Below are positions 62,353-64,000 of a stretch of DNA of 64,000 nucleotides, piece after piece; position 1 is the first letter of the stretch, and each line of letters begins with the position of its first letter. The translations under genes were made by a program, and so were the position numbers. This DNA comes from Flavobacteriales bacterium. Its GTDB lineage: Bacteria; Bacteroidota; Bacteroidia; JACJYZ01. The stretch covers positions 49,937 through 113,936 of the forward strand of contig JACJYZ010000003.1 of assembly GCA_020635855.1 (NCBI GenBank), given 5' to 3'. Below the pieces are notes generated by a model that was given only the letters and a program-made list of their open reading frames with translations, was not told the origin of the DNA and made no database searches.

Positions 62353-64000
62353 ATGCTACGAAAACTGTCCGTTTTCTGCGCGCTCATTTCTTTGTGCGGT
62401 ATGAGTGCGTTTGCGCAAACCGGTACCTTGAAAGGTAAAGTCGTGGATAAGCTGAACGGAGAACCGATTCCGTTCGCTAACATCATCATTGAACGCAATG
62501 GTGTTCAGGCCGGCGGTGCCACCACGAATTTCGACGGAGAGTATACGATCAAGCCGATCGATCCCGGTAAGTATTCGGTAAAGGCCAGTTACGTCGGCTA
62601 CCAGCAGATACAGGTGGATGGGGTGACCATCAACTCCGATAAGATCACGGATCTTAAAATCGAAATGTCAGCAGGTGTTGAGCTGCAGGAGGTGGAGATC
62701 GTGAAGTACAAAGACCCCGTGTTCAAGAAGGATGAAACGGTGGTTCAGAAAACCGTTACCCGCGAAGATTTCGACAAGATGCCCACGCGCAGTGCGGTAT
62801 CCGCTGCGGCTACTTCTGCCGGTGCTTATCAAGGAACGGATGGAAAGATCAGCATGCGCGGACAACGTTCAGGTGGTACGGTTTACTACGTGGATGGTGT
62901 GAAAGTACGCGGTAATGTAACGCTTCCACAGAGAGGTATCGAGCAGGTAAGTACTGTATTGGGCGGTATCCCCGCACAGTACGGTGATGCCGTAGGTGGT
63001 ATCATCAACATCACCACGCGCGGTCCGTCCAGCACGGTGAGTGGAGGTGTTGAAGCCCTTACATCCGAGTTCCTGGATGGATATGGATACAACCTGGTGG
63101 GCGGTAACATAACCGGTCCCCTCTGGTCTAAGAAAGATACAGCAGACCCCACCAATTCACGCGCCATTGCGGGTTTCTTCCTGTCAGGTGAAGGTGCCTA
63201 TATTCAAGATGGTAACCCTTCGGCCATTGGTGCATGGAAGGTGAAAGACAATGTGCTTGCTGATTTGGAAAAGAATCCATTGAGGGCACGCGGTAGCGGT
63301 CTGGGAACTTTTAGGAATTCCGAATTTCTCACCAAAAATGATCTTGAGAATGTGAAAGCCAAGATGAACGTGGGTTCTGCCCGGATGACCATGCAAGGTA
63401 AATTTGACATTAAACCATCCAATTCCACTACCATCACTTTTGGCGGTTCTTATGACTATGAAAACAAGCACGACTATTTTTACACGTATTCATTGCTGAA
63501 CTATAACAAGAACTCGCAAACGATCAATAGCACATGGCGCGCGTATTCACGCTTTACACAGAAATTTGACTCCGACACCGGGTCGGCCATTCAAAATGCC
63601 TTTTACAGCATCCAATTGGATTACTCTATGGATAACAGCAAAACCTGGGATGACATTCACAAGGATGACATGTTCGCTTACGGTTATGTCGGAAAGTTCA
63701 ATACGCACAAAATTAACCACTATAGTGTAATTGGAACAGACCCTGTGTCCGGGAAGACCGGTTGGCTGCATGATGGGTTTAGTGACACACTTGTGGAATT
63801 TGAGCGGTCGGAGATCAATCCTTTGATGGCCAACTATACCAGTCAATATTTTAACTTTTATGATGAAACGGCAGGCAATTATGAAAATTTGAGTCAGGTG
63901 CAATCGGGCGGTGGCTTGCTCAATGGCGACCGACCTGGACATGCCTATTCATTGTGGTATAATACCGGACGTTTGAATAATCAGTATGGCTACAGCGAAA
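62353..64000 (+). CDS. TonB-dependent outer-membrane receptor (SusC/RagA-like; N-terminal carboxypeptidase-regulatory-like domain + plug), 5' part; continues past the window
   Basis: Not in the ORF track because no stop occurs before the window end. Frame read manually from ATG 62353. Signal peptide MLRKLSVFCALISLCGMSAFAQ. CarboxypepD_reg-like TGTLKGKVVDKLNGEPIPFANIII...GEYTI. Plug motifs ...RGQRSGGTVYYVDGVKV...GIEQVSTVLGGIPAQYGDAVGGIINITTRG. Confidence 0.8.
   Translation, partial: MLRKLSVFCALISLCGMSAFAQTGTLKGKVVDKLNGEPIPFANIIIERNGVQAGGATTNFDGEYTIKPIDPGKYSVKASYVGYQQIQVDGVTINSDKITDLKIEMSAGVELQEVEIVKYKDPVFKKDETVVQKTVTREDFDKMPTRSAVSAAATSAGAYQGTDGKISMRGQRSGGTVYYVDGVKVRGNVTLPQRGIEQVSTVLGGIPAQYGDAVGGIINITTRGPSSTVSGGVEALTSEFLDGYGYNLVGGNITGPLWSKKDTADPTNSRAIAGFFLSGEGAYIQDGNPSAIGAWKVKDNVLADLEKNPLRARGSGLGTFRNSEFLTKNDLENVKAKMNVGSARMTMQGKFDIKPSNSTTITFGGSYDYENKHDYFYTYSLLNYNKNSQTINSTWRAYSRFTQKFDSDTGSAIQNAFYSIQLDYSMDNSKTWDDIHKDDMFAYGYVGKFNTHKINHYSVIGTDPVSGKTGWLHDGFSDTLVEFERSEINPLMANYTSQYFNFYDETAGNYENLSQVQSGGGLLNGDRPGHAYSLWYNTGRLNNQYGYSE

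Overview
This 64-kb window reads as Bacteroidetes chromosome of the Chitinophagia/Sphingobacteriia type, GC-rich (roughly 55%) and gene-dense. Seven proteins end in type IX secretion (T9SS/Por) C-terminal sorting domains. Main content, left to right:
- A GH16 beta-glucanase beside a LytS/LytTR two-component pair.
- Three copies of a structured intergenic repeat of about 110 nt.
- A run of tightly coupled minus-strand genes, probably an operon, encoding a DUF2490 outer-membrane protein, a DUF4956 membrane protein, a VTC (polyphosphate-polymerase-like) protein, two lipoproteins, a CotH atypical kinase, a tandem carbohydrate-binding-like protein and a beta-propeller protein.
- PaiB and DUF2200 genes.
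- A low-GC island of about 3.1 kb carrying EcoRII-like restriction endonuclease, Vsr and Dcm genes, flanked by imperfect direct repeats of about 40 bp and lying next to an initiator tRNA-fMet.
- An ECF sigma factor and membrane-protein pair, divergent from a 3227-aa T9SS protein built of four tandem modules of about 745 aa (LamG-like domain plus Calx-beta domains).
- An M4 thermolysin-like T9SS protease.
- Housekeeping genes: der, a DCC-family oxidoreductase, a trans-sulfuration PLP enzyme, metK, an ABC ATPase, rsgA, dtd, a MazG-like gene, atpDC and ribF.
- A thiS-thiC-tenI-thiD-thiE-thiG-thiH operon behind a TPP riboswitch.
- A GGGP-synthase-like gene, a phosphopantetheinyl transferase, ahcY and the 5' part of a TonB-dependent receptor.
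- A dispersed family of GCTGTATGC-type inverted-repeat elements at five loci.
The best candidate for an undescribed system is the CotH-VTC-DUF4956 envelope-spanning operon. Everything rests on reading the sequence and recalled family signatures; no searches were run.
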